Origin: a bacterium
GTDB taxonomy: Bacteria; Patescibacteriota; CPR2; UBA1875; JAJYID01
Assembly: GCA_021787535.1 (NCBI GenBank)
Contig: JAJYLR010000001.1
Coordinates: forward strand, 556,321 to 620,320
Length of the DNA stretch: 64,000 bases
Direction: 5' to 3'
In this document: positions 20,982 through 30,177 of the stretch, piece after piece
Position numbering within the stretch: position 1 is the first letter of the stretch
Layout of the letters: every line of letters starts with the position of its first letter
The notes under the pieces: generated by a model
What the model saw: only the letters and a program-made list of their open reading frames with translations
Told to the model about the DNA's origin: nothing
Databases searched by the model: none
Program-made: the position numbers and the translations under genes

Positions 20982-21418
20982 AAACTTACCTGATTCTTAA
21001 TTTGCTCAAATTTACTTTCTCCGATTCCCGGCACTTTTTTCAAATCTTCCAGTACTTTAAATAATCCGTTTTGGTTGCGCCAATCAATGATTTTTTGTGC
21101 CGTTGCCGGACCGATGCCCTGTAGCTTATCTAAATCTTGCAAATCGGCGGTGTTTATATTAATTTTTGCCGTCATTCTGGCTTGTCCAGAATCTGTCTGC
21201 CCGCCCTTTACTTCAGAATTTGTCTGAATGTCAGTCTTTTGCGGCTGGACAATTTTAATCGGCTCTTTGCCGTCATCCGAATATTTAATAAAGAGCAGTC
21301 CTGTCCCGCCGATAATACCGATCACCAGTAAAATGCCTATGTTATTATAGATTCTCTGTCTTCTATCCTTTTTTTGATCTTGATCCATAAAACCTTTAAT
21401 ATTCAATGCCGAAAACAT
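20978..21418 (-). CDS. comEA: ComEA-like helix-hairpin-helix DNA-binding protein
   Basis: N-terminal TM segment and C-terminal INTADLQDLDKLQGIGPATAQKIIDWRNQNG.F..LEDLKKVPGIG (tandem HhH). Contains an in-frame copy of the 23-nt repeat encoding DSGQARMT. Confidence 0.75.
   Translation of the reverse strand: MFSALNIKGFMDQDQKKDRRQRIYNNIGILLVIGIIGGTGLLFIKYSDDGKEPIKIVQPQKTDIQTNSEVKGGQTDSGQARMTAKININTADLQDLDKLQGIGPATAQKIIDWRNQNGLFKVLEDLKKVPGIGESKFEQIKNQVSL
21171..21193. repeat. Palindromic repeat gtcattctggcttgtccagaatc inside comEA coding sequence (in frame)
   Basis: Identical 23-mer to 18031 and 55912. On the minus strand it translates as ...DSGQARMT... within the ComEA ORF. Confidence 0.7.
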
Positions 21419-21428
21419 GGTACGGACA

Positions 21429-22019
21429 TCAGTCTCCCTCGCCCTTCTTTGTATTTTTGATTAATCCGCCGTGACCGGGAATGATGTAGTCCGCCACTTT
21501 TAATATCTTCAAGCGGCTCTTCACCAAGTCTTCCTGGGTGTTGGCATACGGATCTTCCTCGGGAGTAAAATCCTCGTACCACCAGAGATCGCCCGCCACA
21601 CAGACCAGTCCGATATCAGTTCGAACCAGAAGCGAAGCATGAATGTCTCCGCCATGGCCGGGAGTGGCAACCATTTTGACATCCGGCGTAATATCAATCT
21701 CTTCATCGCTTGAGTGAAACCTATGCTCATCTCCTCTATGATATCCCCACCTGTCCATAATGGTCGCATTTTCAAAGACGGCCCGGTTCATGGAGTGGTC
21801 TAAGTGCTCGTGAGTGGTAAAAACTAAGTTAATATCTGAAATAGTCAGTCCGAAGTCGCCAAGAGCAAAAATATACATGCCGATCGACTGATGTGAGCCC
21901 GGGTCTACAATGATATTCTTATCCCGATCGCGAACCAGCGTGCAAGTGCAGGCATATTTATGAAATTGCTGATTCAGCTCTTTGTTATAACCCTTGATTA
22001 AAACGTCAACTTGTGCCAT
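21429..22019 (-). CDS. Metallo-beta-lactamase fold hydrolase
   Basis: THEHLDH (HxHxDH) zinc motif; 196 aa. Confidence 0.75.
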   Translation of the reverse strand: MAQVDVLIKGYNKELNQQFHKYACTCTLVRDRDKNIIVDPGSHQSIGMYIFALGDFGLTISDINLVFTTHEHLDHSMNRAVFENATIMDRWGYHRGDEHRFHSSDEEIDITPDVKMVATPGHGGDIHASLLVRTDIGLVCVAGDLWWYEDFTPEEDPYANTQEDLVKSRLKILKVADYIIPGHGGLIKNTKKGEGD

Positions 22020-22418
22020 TTATACTCCTACTTTCTCTATTTCCTTAATATCTTCAAATTCTATCACTTTATCCGCCATTTCGCGTAAAAATGTAGTTTC
22101 GATTCCTTTTCGGATAAACAAAACTACCTTTTTCTTCTTTACCAGCGCGTATCCGAATTCGATTAACATGCCTTCGCTCTTTGTTTCAGAATTAACAAAA
22201 GTGAAAACCAGATCTGCTCTATCCAATTCCCTAAATGCATATTCCAAAAGTTTTTTGTTTGAGTAATTATTTTCCTTAAAAAACCCGCTCTTGCTTTCCC
22301 AGTAAGTACAGAAAACTTCATGGCCGGCTTCTTTCAAACCAGAACAAATAGTTTTAATATTTCGGTCAAGCTCAGCCGAATCTTCACCCGTAAATCTGTA
22401 TGACACAAATATTCTCAT
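22020..22418 (-). CDS. Nucleoside 2-deoxyribosyltransferase-like / TIR-like (flavodoxin-fold) protein
   Basis: 132 aa. MRIFVSYRFTGED..., GHEVF, ADLVF...SEG..EFGYA..KKKV pattern resembles NDT/Rcl-like and TIR-like families. Confidence 0.45.
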   Translation of the reverse strand: MRIFVSYRFTGEDSAELDRNIKTICSGLKEAGHEVFCTYWESKSGFFKENNYSNKKLLEYAFRELDRADLVFTFVNSETKSEGMLIEFGYALVKKKKVVLFIRKGIETTFLREMADKVIEFEDIKEIEKVGV

Positions 22419-22705
22419 TCAGCTTTAAATCCGATGTTTTGATCAGGTTCCTGAGCCGCTTCGATCTTCCCGAACTGATCCTCGTATTTTTTTACGTTAT
22501 CTTTAAGAGCATTTAAGATTCTTTTCGCATGACCGGGACTGGTGAAAACTCTGGAAACTAATGACCCTTGCGGTGGAAACACATTCAAAAAATCGAGCAC
22601 AAACTCTTCTTTGGTATGTCCAATAATTAAATTATTTGTGTAGACACCTTTCGCCGTCTGATCATCAGCTTTGATTTGTATTTGTTGTTGTGGCTGCTGA
22701 TTCAT
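22415..22705 (-). CDS. DUF3467-like small protein
   Basis: 96 aa; ...YTNNLIIGHTKEEFVLDF...SRVFTSPGHAKRILNAL... matches the DUF3467 pattern. 4-nt overlap with the downstream gene. Confidence 0.45.
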   Translation of the reverse strand: MNQQPQQQIQIKADDQTAKGVYTNNLIIGHTKEEFVLDFLNVFPPQGSLVSRVFTSPGHAKRILNALKDNVKKYEDQFGKIEAAQEPDQNIGFKAE

Positions 22706-22818
22706 TTTTTATTCTCCTTTTTAAAATTATACCCCAAAAACCCCTTTTTTATAAGCCCTATGCAAAAGGACCGGTGTCGATATACCGGCCCTTTGATTTT
22801 TATAGGAGACTTGAGTTG

Positions 22819-23400
22819 CTAAGCAAGCTTGCTCAGGTAAGCCCGTAGCTCTGTTCTCCTCAGACCCGGAAGCCGCCACCCGAAACGACTGTTCACTTTT
22901 AAAGTAAACCGATCACTCCAGATAACCTTCGACCGAACCTTGAACTTGGCTCCCGTCATGTAATGGCTGATGTGACTGGGATCGAAAAAGTCGAATGTCT
23001 TTTTATGAATGATGCGAACATGTGTTGGGTCAAGCGTAGCATTTGGATGCTTCCAGAATGGTACTCTTACCTCCGCCACCCCATGCGTCCCAAGGATTCT
23101 ATAAACCTCCTCAAAGAAAGCATAGAATCCATCTCCCGGAACCCCCGGAATTGCATGAGGGATATGCTCCGCCAGATGGCTTATCAGGATCTGGTCAAAA
23201 TACGAGTCAGGAAGATCCCATGGAAAGCTAAAGGCATCGAAGTGCTGATCCGCCCTTACCTCAGGGGAAAGGTCTACATTCAGCCAACCTGCATGATAAT
23301 CATTTCCGCACCCTAGGTTGAGTAGCCGAGGTAAAGATGGAGTAACGCGGTTCTCGCTAATGGAAACAACTTGACTCTCTTTGGTAGCCACAGAAGCCAC
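22819..23400 (-). CDS. Class I SAM-dependent methyltransferase
   Basis: LNLGCGNDYHAGWLNVDL (motif I GxGxG). The gene is noticeably GC-richer than the surrounding DNA. Confidence 0.7.
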   Translation of the reverse strand: MASVATKESQVVSISENRVTPSLPRLLNLGCGNDYHAGWLNVDLSPEVRADQHFDAFSFPWDLPDSYFDQILISHLAEHIPHAIPGVPGDGFYAFFEEVYRILGTHGVAEVRVPFWKHPNATLDPTHVRIIHKKTFDFFDPSHISHYMTGAKFKVRSKVIWSDRFTLKVNSRFGWRLPGLRRTELRAYLSKLA

Positions 23401-23464
23401 CTCCTTTTAATAGTTGAATGAGCGCCCCACCTTAAGTTTTTTATATTATACAGTAACACAAGAG

Positions 23465-25528
23465 TTATTCCAAACTTGCTACCCCGTCATATTTTTTAAT
23501 TTTCTCATCAAGCAGCGGAAAATCGTCTAGGTTATTCTTTTCGAGGAATTTTTTGGCCTCGGTTTTGGTACGTTTGATTAGTTCCACATTCATCAAGTTT
23601 TTAGTGTTTATATCAGGAAGGCCATGCTGGCGTTCACCGAGAACTTCACCCGGCCCGCGGATTTCCAGATCTTTTTCTGCTATTTCAAACCCATTGCTTG
23701 TTTTAGTTATCGCATCCAGTCTCTTTTCAACTGTTTCCGACCGGCTATCAGTAAAAAGGAAACAATAAGATTGAAATTTACCCCGTCCGACCCGGCCGCG
23801 AAACTGGTGAAGTTGGGCCAGACCAAACCTGTCCGCGCCTTCGATGATCATAATAGTCGCATTCGGCACATCGACGCCAACTTCGACTAGTGAGGTGGAT
23901 ATTAAAATATTCGTCTTGCCTCCGGCAAAGCCATTCATGGTTTTTTCTTTTTCTTCCGGCCGCATTTTGCCATGTAGCATGGCGATCTTTAGATCAGGAA
24001 ATATCATTCTAGAGAGCCGCTCATATTCTGCCGTTACGCTTTTTAGCTCCATCATTTCCGAGTCGTCAATTAATGGGCATATAACGAATATTTGCCGGCC
24101 TTTTTTCACCTCTCGGCGCATAAACTCATATGAATCCTCTTTCTTCTCGGGAGGAATGACAAATGTCCCGACTTTCTTTCTGCCCGGAGGCATCTCATCG
24201 ATAATCGAAATATCAAGGTCGCCGTAAACCCCAAGCGTTAAAGTTCTGGGGATCGGTGTGGCCGACATTGAAAGAAAATGCGGCATCGTGCCATCTGAGC
24301 CGCTTCTTTTTTTGAGAGCCGATCTCTGGCTAACCCCGAAACGATGCTGTTCGTCAACGATGACAAATGCCAGATTCCAAAACTCAACCTCTTCTTTTAA
24401 AACCGCATGAGTGCCGACCAGAACCTGCACTTCCCCTTCCTTTAATCTCTTTAAAATGTGTTTTCTTTCCGATTTTTTAGTTTTTCCAGTTAGAAGCTCG
24501 ACATCGACCTCAAAAGGTTCAAGCATTTTTTTCAAGCCCTCATAATGCTGGGTGGCCAGGATTTCAGTCGGCGCTATAAAAGCGGTCTGAAAACCGTCCG
24601 AGGCAACCATGAGAGCCGCCATAGCCGCCACCACGGTTTTGCCTGAACCGACATCCCCTTCCAGCAATCTGTTCATGGGGACAGGCCTCTCCAAATCCCG
24701 AATAATTTCCCAAGCCGACTTTTTCTGGGCATTTGTCAGCTTAAAACCGAGAGATTTCACAAAACTTTTCGAAAGATCTTCGTTAAATCGGATAGCTATC
24801 GCTCTGTTTTGGTCTAGCGCTTTCCGCTGGTTCAAAATAGCAACCTGAAGCAGGAACATTTCATCAAAGTTTAGACGGTCTCGAGCTCTTTCCAGTTGGA
24901 ATGAATTATCTGGAAAGTGAAGCTGGCGGATCATGGCCGAGTAACCGATCAAACCCTGGCGCTTTAGAACCTCCGCCGGCAGATATTCTTTGAGCGAATA
25001 GATAACTTTAACAAGTTTAGACATCTCATTTCTGAGCCATTTCGAGCTTAAACCCTCCGTTTCTTTATAGACCGGGATAATTTTTCCCAGATGTTTTTGC
25101 TTGTCTGACTTTTTTTCGTAAGCCGGAGACATCATCTGAGCCGTACCGAAGTTGTTTTCCACTCTTCCGGCCAGAAGCACCTCATCGCCCTGCTTCATAT
25201 TTTTTATAAGGAATGGCTGATTAAACCAGACAGCTTTTAGAGTCCCTGTTTTATCGGCGATAATCGCTTCTGTGATCGTCATTCTTTTGCGAGCCGAGCG
25301 TTTGTTGCCGATACTCCAAATACTGCCTTCTACGCAATATGCGCCCGGCGGCCGCACCTCGGCGATGGATGTGATTTTCGAGAAATCCTCCCACTTTCTA
25401 GGTAAATACAAAAGCAGATCCTCGACTGTCTCTACGCCGAGTTTTGCCAGTTTCTCCTGATATTTTGAGCCCACCCCCTGGAGTTCAGTTACTTTTGTTT
25501 TGAGAGTAATAGTCATTTTAATTTCCAA
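23465..25528 (-). CDS. recG: ATP-dependent DNA helicase RecG
   Basis: 687 aa; N-terminal wedge/OB domain, Walker A GDVGSGKT, DEQHRFG (DExH) and helicase C motifs. Confidence 0.92.
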   Translation of the reverse strand: MEIKMTITLKTKVTELQGVGSKYQEKLAKLGVETVEDLLLYLPRKWEDFSKITSIAEVRPPGAYCVEGSIWSIGNKRSARKRMTITEAIIADKTGTLKAVWFNQPFLIKNMKQGDEVLLAGRVENNFGTAQMMSPAYEKKSDKQKHLGKIIPVYKETEGLSSKWLRNEMSKLVKVIYSLKEYLPAEVLKRQGLIGYSAMIRQLHFPDNSFQLERARDRLNFDEMFLLQVAILNQRKALDQNRAIAIRFNEDLSKSFVKSLGFKLTNAQKKSAWEIIRDLERPVPMNRLLEGDVGSGKTVVAAMAALMVASDGFQTAFIAPTEILATQHYEGLKKMLEPFEVDVELLTGKTKKSERKHILKRLKEGEVQVLVGTHAVLKEEVEFWNLAFVIVDEQHRFGVSQRSALKKRSGSDGTMPHFLSMSATPIPRTLTLGVYGDLDISIIDEMPPGRKKVGTFVIPPEKKEDSYEFMRREVKKGRQIFVICPLIDDSEMMELKSVTAEYERLSRMIFPDLKIAMLHGKMRPEEKEKTMNGFAGGKTNILISTSLVEVGVDVPNATIMIIEGADRFGLAQLHQFRGRVGRGKFQSYCFLFTDSRSETVEKRLDAITKTSNGFEIAEKDLEIRGPGEVLGERQHGLPDINTKNLMNVELIKRTKTEAKKFLEKNNLDDFPLLDEKIKKYDGVASLE

Positions 25529-25587
25529 TTACCAATATCCAATGACCAATCAAGTTCCAATTTTTTAATTTAATAATTGAAAAATGT

Positions 25588-25713
25588 GTCATTCCGACTG
25601 ACACCACGCCAGTGGCGAATGGAGGAATCCTTTTCCTCTAGTAACTTACCAACTTATAAACTCTTTCAAGGGATTTCTCGACTCGTCGCTCCGCGAAGTC
25701 GTTCGAAATGACA
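25588..25713. repeat. Two palindromic repeat units (gtcattccgactgacaccacgccagtggcgaatggaggaatcc; ggatttctcgactcgtcgctccgcgaagtcgttcgaaatgaca) upstream of recG
   Basis: Same GTCATTCCGA...GGAGGAATCC family as 30699, 55004, 56480 and 56750. They are preceded by an AT-rich CCAAT array (25535-25568). Confidence 0.7.
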
Positions 25714-25736
25714 AAGCAGGGATGACTATTTGGTTA

Positions 25737-26990
25737 TTAGCCATTTAATTCTATAAACCTTCTTTTCCCGACTTGCACGACATGCTTTCCTAAATCTAAT
25801 GCGTAATCGATATCAGTAACAGTTCTGTCATTGTCTTTGACGCCGTTTTGCTGAATCAGGCGCCTTGCTTCGGATTTTGAACTAATAATTTTCGCATTAA
25901 CCAAAATGTCGACCAGCTTATCGCCTTTTTTGAAACTCGCTTTTGGCATCTCTGATGGCTTTTCTTTATTTTTAAATATTTTTTCAAACTCTGCCGCCGC
26001 TTTCTCAGCTTCCTTCTCGCCGTGATATAAGGAAACAATATCTTTTGCTAGCTGGAATTTTAAATCTCTTGGGTTTTCACCGTCTTTTAAATCTTTTTCA
26101 ATTTTTTTAACCTCTTCATCGGTTCTATCCGTACAAAGCGTAAAATACTGGACGATCAGCTCATCTTTAATGCTCATCACTTTCCCGAACATATCGTTTG
26201 CCGGATCGGTAACACCGATAACATTTCCATAGCTTTTGCTCATTTTCCGCCCGTCTGTGCCAACAAGCAAAGGCACAGTTAATACCTGCTTTTCCTTTCC
26301 CTTGAGAGCTTTCATGAGAGTCCTTCCGGCTAGCATATTAAATGTTTGGTCGGTTCCTCCCATTTCCACGTCTACATCCAGAGCCACCGAGTCATACCCG
26401 ACCATTAAAGGATAGAGAAACTCATGAAGACCGATCGGTTTACCCCCTTTCAGCCGCTCTTGGAACATATCCCTCTCTATCATCTGCTGAACTGTAAAGT
26501 TTGCGGCAAGTTTTACGACATCTTCAAATTTCAGTTGATCGAGCCACTCGGCATTGTATCTGATCTCCGCTTTTTTGATATCTAAAATTTTTCCCGCTTG
26601 ATCAAGATATGTCTTAGCATTTTCCAGAACTTCTTTCTCAGTCAAAGGCACTCTCTGTGCCTTTTTATCTGTCGGGTCGCCAATTCTTCCCGTAAAGTCT
26701 CCTATTAGAAAAATAACTTGATGGCCGAGATCCTGAAATTCTTTCAGCTTTCTAAGTCCCACTGCATGACCGATGTGGATGACGGGACTTGACGGATCAA
26801 CACCTATATAAATTCTTAGATTTTTACCTGAAAGAAGCGCTTTTTTAAGATCCTTTCTGACGATCACTTCCGACACATTTCTCGTCAGGAGATGTTCAAC
26901 TGCTTCTTCGTTTGTATTTACCATTTCAAAACCCTTTTCTGATTTAATAAAAACTTGTTCAATTATACTTTCTTTTTTGCTATAATTCAA
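25737..26990 (-). CDS. tyrS: Tyrosine--tRNA ligase
   Basis: HIGH-type motif (IHIGHAVG) and KMSKS (KMSKSYGN), plus a C-terminal S4-like domain. Confidence 0.92.
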   Translation of the reverse strand: MNYSKKESIIEQVFIKSEKGFEMVNTNEEAVEHLLTRNVSEVIVRKDLKKALLSGKNLRIYIGVDPSSPVIHIGHAVGLRKLKEFQDLGHQVIFLIGDFTGRIGDPTDKKAQRVPLTEKEVLENAKTYLDQAGKILDIKKAEIRYNAEWLDQLKFEDVVKLAANFTVQQMIERDMFQERLKGGKPIGLHEFLYPLMVGYDSVALDVDVEMGGTDQTFNMLAGRTLMKALKGKEKQVLTVPLLVGTDGRKMSKSYGNVIGVTDPANDMFGKVMSIKDELIVQYFTLCTDRTDEEVKKIEKDLKDGENPRDLKFQLAKDIVSLYHGEKEAEKAAAEFEKIFKNKEKPSEMPKASFKKGDKLVDILVNAKIISSKSEARRLIQQNGVKDNDRTVTDIDYALDLGKHVVQVGKRRFIELNG

Positions 26991-27029
26991 TGCACTACCA
27001 GTAATAAGAAATTTTTACTTTTCAAATAA

Positions 27030-29633
27030 ATGGCTAGAAGAAGATACAAAAGCAGAAGAACTGCTTTCCGAAACCCTAGAAGCAGAAAAACAGTTAAAAA
27101 TCCTTTCAGGCAATACGGCATCATTGCCGGCTCAAAGGAGTTTTTGCTAAATCTTTTTACTACAAAAGAAGGATGGAAAAAGATTGGAATTGGCGCTGGT
27201 ATTCTCGTGGGGCTTATTATACTTCTGGCCGCCTGGTACGCCAAAGACCTGCCCTCTCCGAGTAAAATTAACTCTAAAGTTTCCGCGCAATCGACTCAGA
27301 TATTTGATCGCAACGGCAAGATTCTCTATGAAGTGCATGGAAATGAAAATAGAATCTTAGTTGACTGGAACCAAATACCCAATAATGTCAAAAACGCTAC
27401 CATAGCCGTGGAAGATAAAAATTTTTACCACGAGCCGGGCTTTGACGTGAAAAGAATTGTCGGCGCCTTCATTTATGACATCATTCACAGCGATAAAAGC
27501 CAGGGCGGCAGTACTATTACACAGCAGTATGTGAAAAATGCTCTGCTTTCAAACGAGAAATCAATTTCCAGAAAGATTAAGGAAATGATGCTGTCAGTAA
27601 TGATTGAGCAGATGTATTCGAAAGATGATATTTTGAAAATGTATTTAAACGAAATCCCATACGGATCAAACGCATATGGCATACAGGTTGCCGCCAAAAC
27701 TTATTTCAATAAAGATGCGAAGGATCTGGATTTGGCTCAGTCGGCAACACTCGCAGCACTGCCCAATGCACCGACTTACTATTCCCCTTACGGCCAGCAC
27801 AAAGATGAGCTCATGAAGCGAAAAGATATGATTCTCGATCTTATGGCTGATCAAAAATATATTACCCAAGCTCAGGCAGATGCAGCCAAAAAAGAACAGC
27901 TTGTTTTCTCAAATAATCCGTATGGATCTATTACCGCTCCGCATTTCGTCATGTATGTCAAACAAAAGCTGATAGAAAAATACGGTGAAAATACTGTTAA
28001 CACCGGCGGACTGAAAGTTTACACCACTTTAGATCTGGATAAACAAAAATTAGCTGAAGAAGCTGTCGCCAAATATGCCGGCAAAAATGCAAAAAGCTAT
28101 AATGCCACTAATGAATCGCTTGTTGCCGAAGATCCCAAAACCGGACAAGTCTTAGCTATGGTTGGCAGCAAAGATTTCTTTGATACAAAAATCGACGGCA
28201 ATGTTAACGTTGCGATAAGCGGCCGCCAGCCGGGTTCGTCATTTAAACCATATGTTTATGCAACGCTCTTTAAGTCAGAAAACTGGGGTGCAGGCAGCAC
28301 TATTTATGATGTTAAGACTGACTTCGGCGGAGGATACATTCCCGCGAATTATGAAGGCAACTTTATGGGTCCGCAATCCATTCGATCTGCTCTCCAGGGA
28401 TCCAGAAATATCCCAGCAGTAAAAGCTATTTATATGGCAGGTGTTAATAATTCAATCGCTACTGCCAAAAGCATGGGTATTACGACTCTTGGTGATTCAT
28501 CCCAATATGGCCTCTCGCTTGTGTTGGGAGCGGGCAATGTCACACTCTTAGACCATACGAGCGCCTATGGCGTTTTTGCAGACGGAGGTGTCAAGCATGA
28601 TTCTACTGTGTTTCTAAAAATCGAAGATGCTAGCGGCAAAACATTAGAACAATATAAGGATTCTTCCGGCCAGAGAGTGTTGGACCCTCAGGTTGCATAC
28701 CTAATGAGTAATATTCTCTCCGATGACCCGGCCCGGGGATATGTTTTCGGACGAGGAGGTTATTTAACTTTAAATGGCCGTCAAGTTGCCGCAAAAACAG
28801 GCACAACCGATAACTTTAAGGATGGATGGACTATGGGTTATACGCCTTCTCTTGTCACTGGAGTTTGGGCGGGAAACAGTGACGGCACTCCGATGAAATG
28901 GGGCTCAGACGGATATTATGTAGCGGCGCCGATTTGGCACGAGTTTATGAGCAAAGCTCTCGCCGGTACAAGAGTTGAACAGTTCTCGAGGCCTTCAGGT
29001 ATTAAAACCGTAACTTTAGACGCCATCACCGGCAAAAAACCAACCTCAGCCACAAAAGAGGCCAGAACTGATATTTTCCCCAGCTGGTACCAAGTCCCTT
29101 CAAGCGATGCCGGCAGTACTTACAAAATTGATAAGACAAACGGACTGCTAGCCACAGATAGCTGCCCCGCCGACCTTGTACAGATCGTAACCAGAAGTAA
29201 TGCTTTAACGGCCGAGATTCCCAAAAGCGACCCGGCGTATCAGAGATGGTTTGCGCCTATCGCCGCTTGGGCCCAAGGACACGGATATTCGATAAGCGAT
29301 AACTCGCCGCCAACCCAAGTTTCACCAAATTGTAGCGCATCTCAGAATACTTCAAACAATTTAGAAATAAATATCACAGACCCGGCTGACGGCTCTAATG
29401 TCACAAGCCCTACCGTGATCGATATGTATGCCAGCGCTTCGGGCGGTATAGATTCTGTCACTGTTACTGTCGATAATCAGACCAGTTACTTGGCTTCTCA
29501 AATGGCAAATGGCAACGGTTATACGGCCAATATCCCGATCGCGAATGGTAATCACACAATCTTTGCCACATTAAAGGACAAAAACGGCAATACCAAACAA
29601 TCATCAACCATCACCGTCAATGTCCAGCATTAA
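27030..29633 (+). CDS. Bifunctional class A penicillin-binding protein (glycosyltransferase + transpeptidase) with C-terminal Ig-like extension
   Basis: GT51 motifs (EDKNFYHEPGFD, GGSTITQQ), transpeptidase SSFKP (SxxK), SRN, KTGTT. N-terminal basic tail and TM. About 150-aa S/T/N-rich beta-rich C-terminal domain. Confidence 0.9.
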   Translation: MARRRYKSRRTAFRNPRSRKTVKNPFRQYGIIAGSKEFLLNLFTTKEGWKKIGIGAGILVGLIILLAAWYAKDLPSPSKINSKVSAQSTQIFDRNGKILYEVHGNENRILVDWNQIPNNVKNATIAVEDKNFYHEPGFDVKRIVGAFIYDIIHSDKSQGGSTITQQYVKNALLSNEKSISRKIKEMMLSVMIEQMYSKDDILKMYLNEIPYGSNAYGIQVAAKTYFNKDAKDLDLAQSATLAALPNAPTYYSPYGQHKDELMKRKDMILDLMADQKYITQAQADAAKKEQLVFSNNPYGSITAPHFVMYVKQKLIEKYGENTVNTGGLKVYTTLDLDKQKLAEEAVAKYAGKNAKSYNATNESLVAEDPKTGQVLAMVGSKDFFDTKIDGNVNVAISGRQPGSSFKPYVYATLFKSENWGAGSTIYDVKTDFGGGYIPANYEGNFMGPQSIRSALQGSRNIPAVKAIYMAGVNNSIATAKSMGITTLGDSSQYGLSLVLGAGNVTLLDHTSAYGVFADGGVKHDSTVFLKIEDASGKTLEQYKDSSGQRVLDPQVAYLMSNILSDDPARGYVFGRGGYLTLNGRQVAAKTGTTDNFKDGWTMGYTPSLVTGVWAGNSDGTPMKWGSDGYYVAAPIWHEFMSKALAGTRVEQFSRPSGIKTVTLDAITGKKPTSATKEARTDIFPSWYQVPSSDAGSTYKIDKTNGLLATDSCPADLVQIVTRSNALTAEIPKSDPAYQRWFAPIAAWAQGHGYSISDNSPPTQVSPNCSASQNTSNNLEINITDPADGSNVTSPTVIDMYASASGGIDSVTVTVDNQTSYLASQMANGNGYTANIPIANGNHTIFATLKDKNGNTKQSSTITVNVQH

Positions 29634-29978
29634 AGTTGTTGTGATGTTTCTCTTTTTGCAATAAAATGTCTTTGTATAGTCGGGTAAGCCAGATTTCTTA
29701 AATTTTTAGTGGAGGGCTCCGCTTTCCCGGCTAGACTGAAAGATGACGATGCCATGGCTAGGACATTCCGAGCAGTTCGGCCTTGGCGAACAAAAAGAAG
29801 CCGAGGCATTTGCTGCTTACAGTTCAAGCCCTATCCGAGTCTTTCTGTTCGATGCAAAGGAGAGATCTTTTCTTTCGGAAGCTGCCCAAAAGTAGGCATC
29901 CGATATCTAGGGAAAGGTTGGAGTCGGGTGTGAAGTTCTTCTAGAAGGGCTTCTCATCCGGCTTCTTGTATTTATTAA

Positions 29979-30051
29979 AAGGACATTCCTTGTCATTGTA
30001 ACAACCGAAAAAGGACATTCCTTACTTTCGCATTTTGCAAGGTGTGTCCTT
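29979..30051. promoter_or_regulatory. Three spaced palindromic operator-like sites (AAGGAcatTCCTT x2, AAGGtgtgTCCTT)
   Basis: Sites at 29979-29991, 30011-30023 and 30039-30051, centre-to-centre 32 and 28 bp, in an ORF-free region between convergent genes. Confidence 0.35.
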
Positions 30052-30177
30052 TTCTTATTATAATTGCTTGATATGCTGGATTACTTCGCTTGTTATAATT
30101 GTTGAAGTTGTATTAAAGAAGGTCGAACCTCACCTCTAACGAGGTTCAATCTTCACAGAAAAAATTATTTTTCATCG

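Noticed and set aside
26987-27244. 85-aa minus-strand ORF overlapping the PBP1A 5' end
   Set aside because: It overlaps the tyrS/PBP divergent promoter and the PBP start. It is hydrophobic low-complexity with no independent support.
29630-29933. ORFs 29709..29933(+) and 29630..29827(-) as protein-coding genes
   Set aside because: They overlap each other on opposite strands, have Arg/Cys/Trp-rich improbable composition, lack RBS and sit in a GC-rich structured segment. They are more likely part of an ncRNA or regulatory region.
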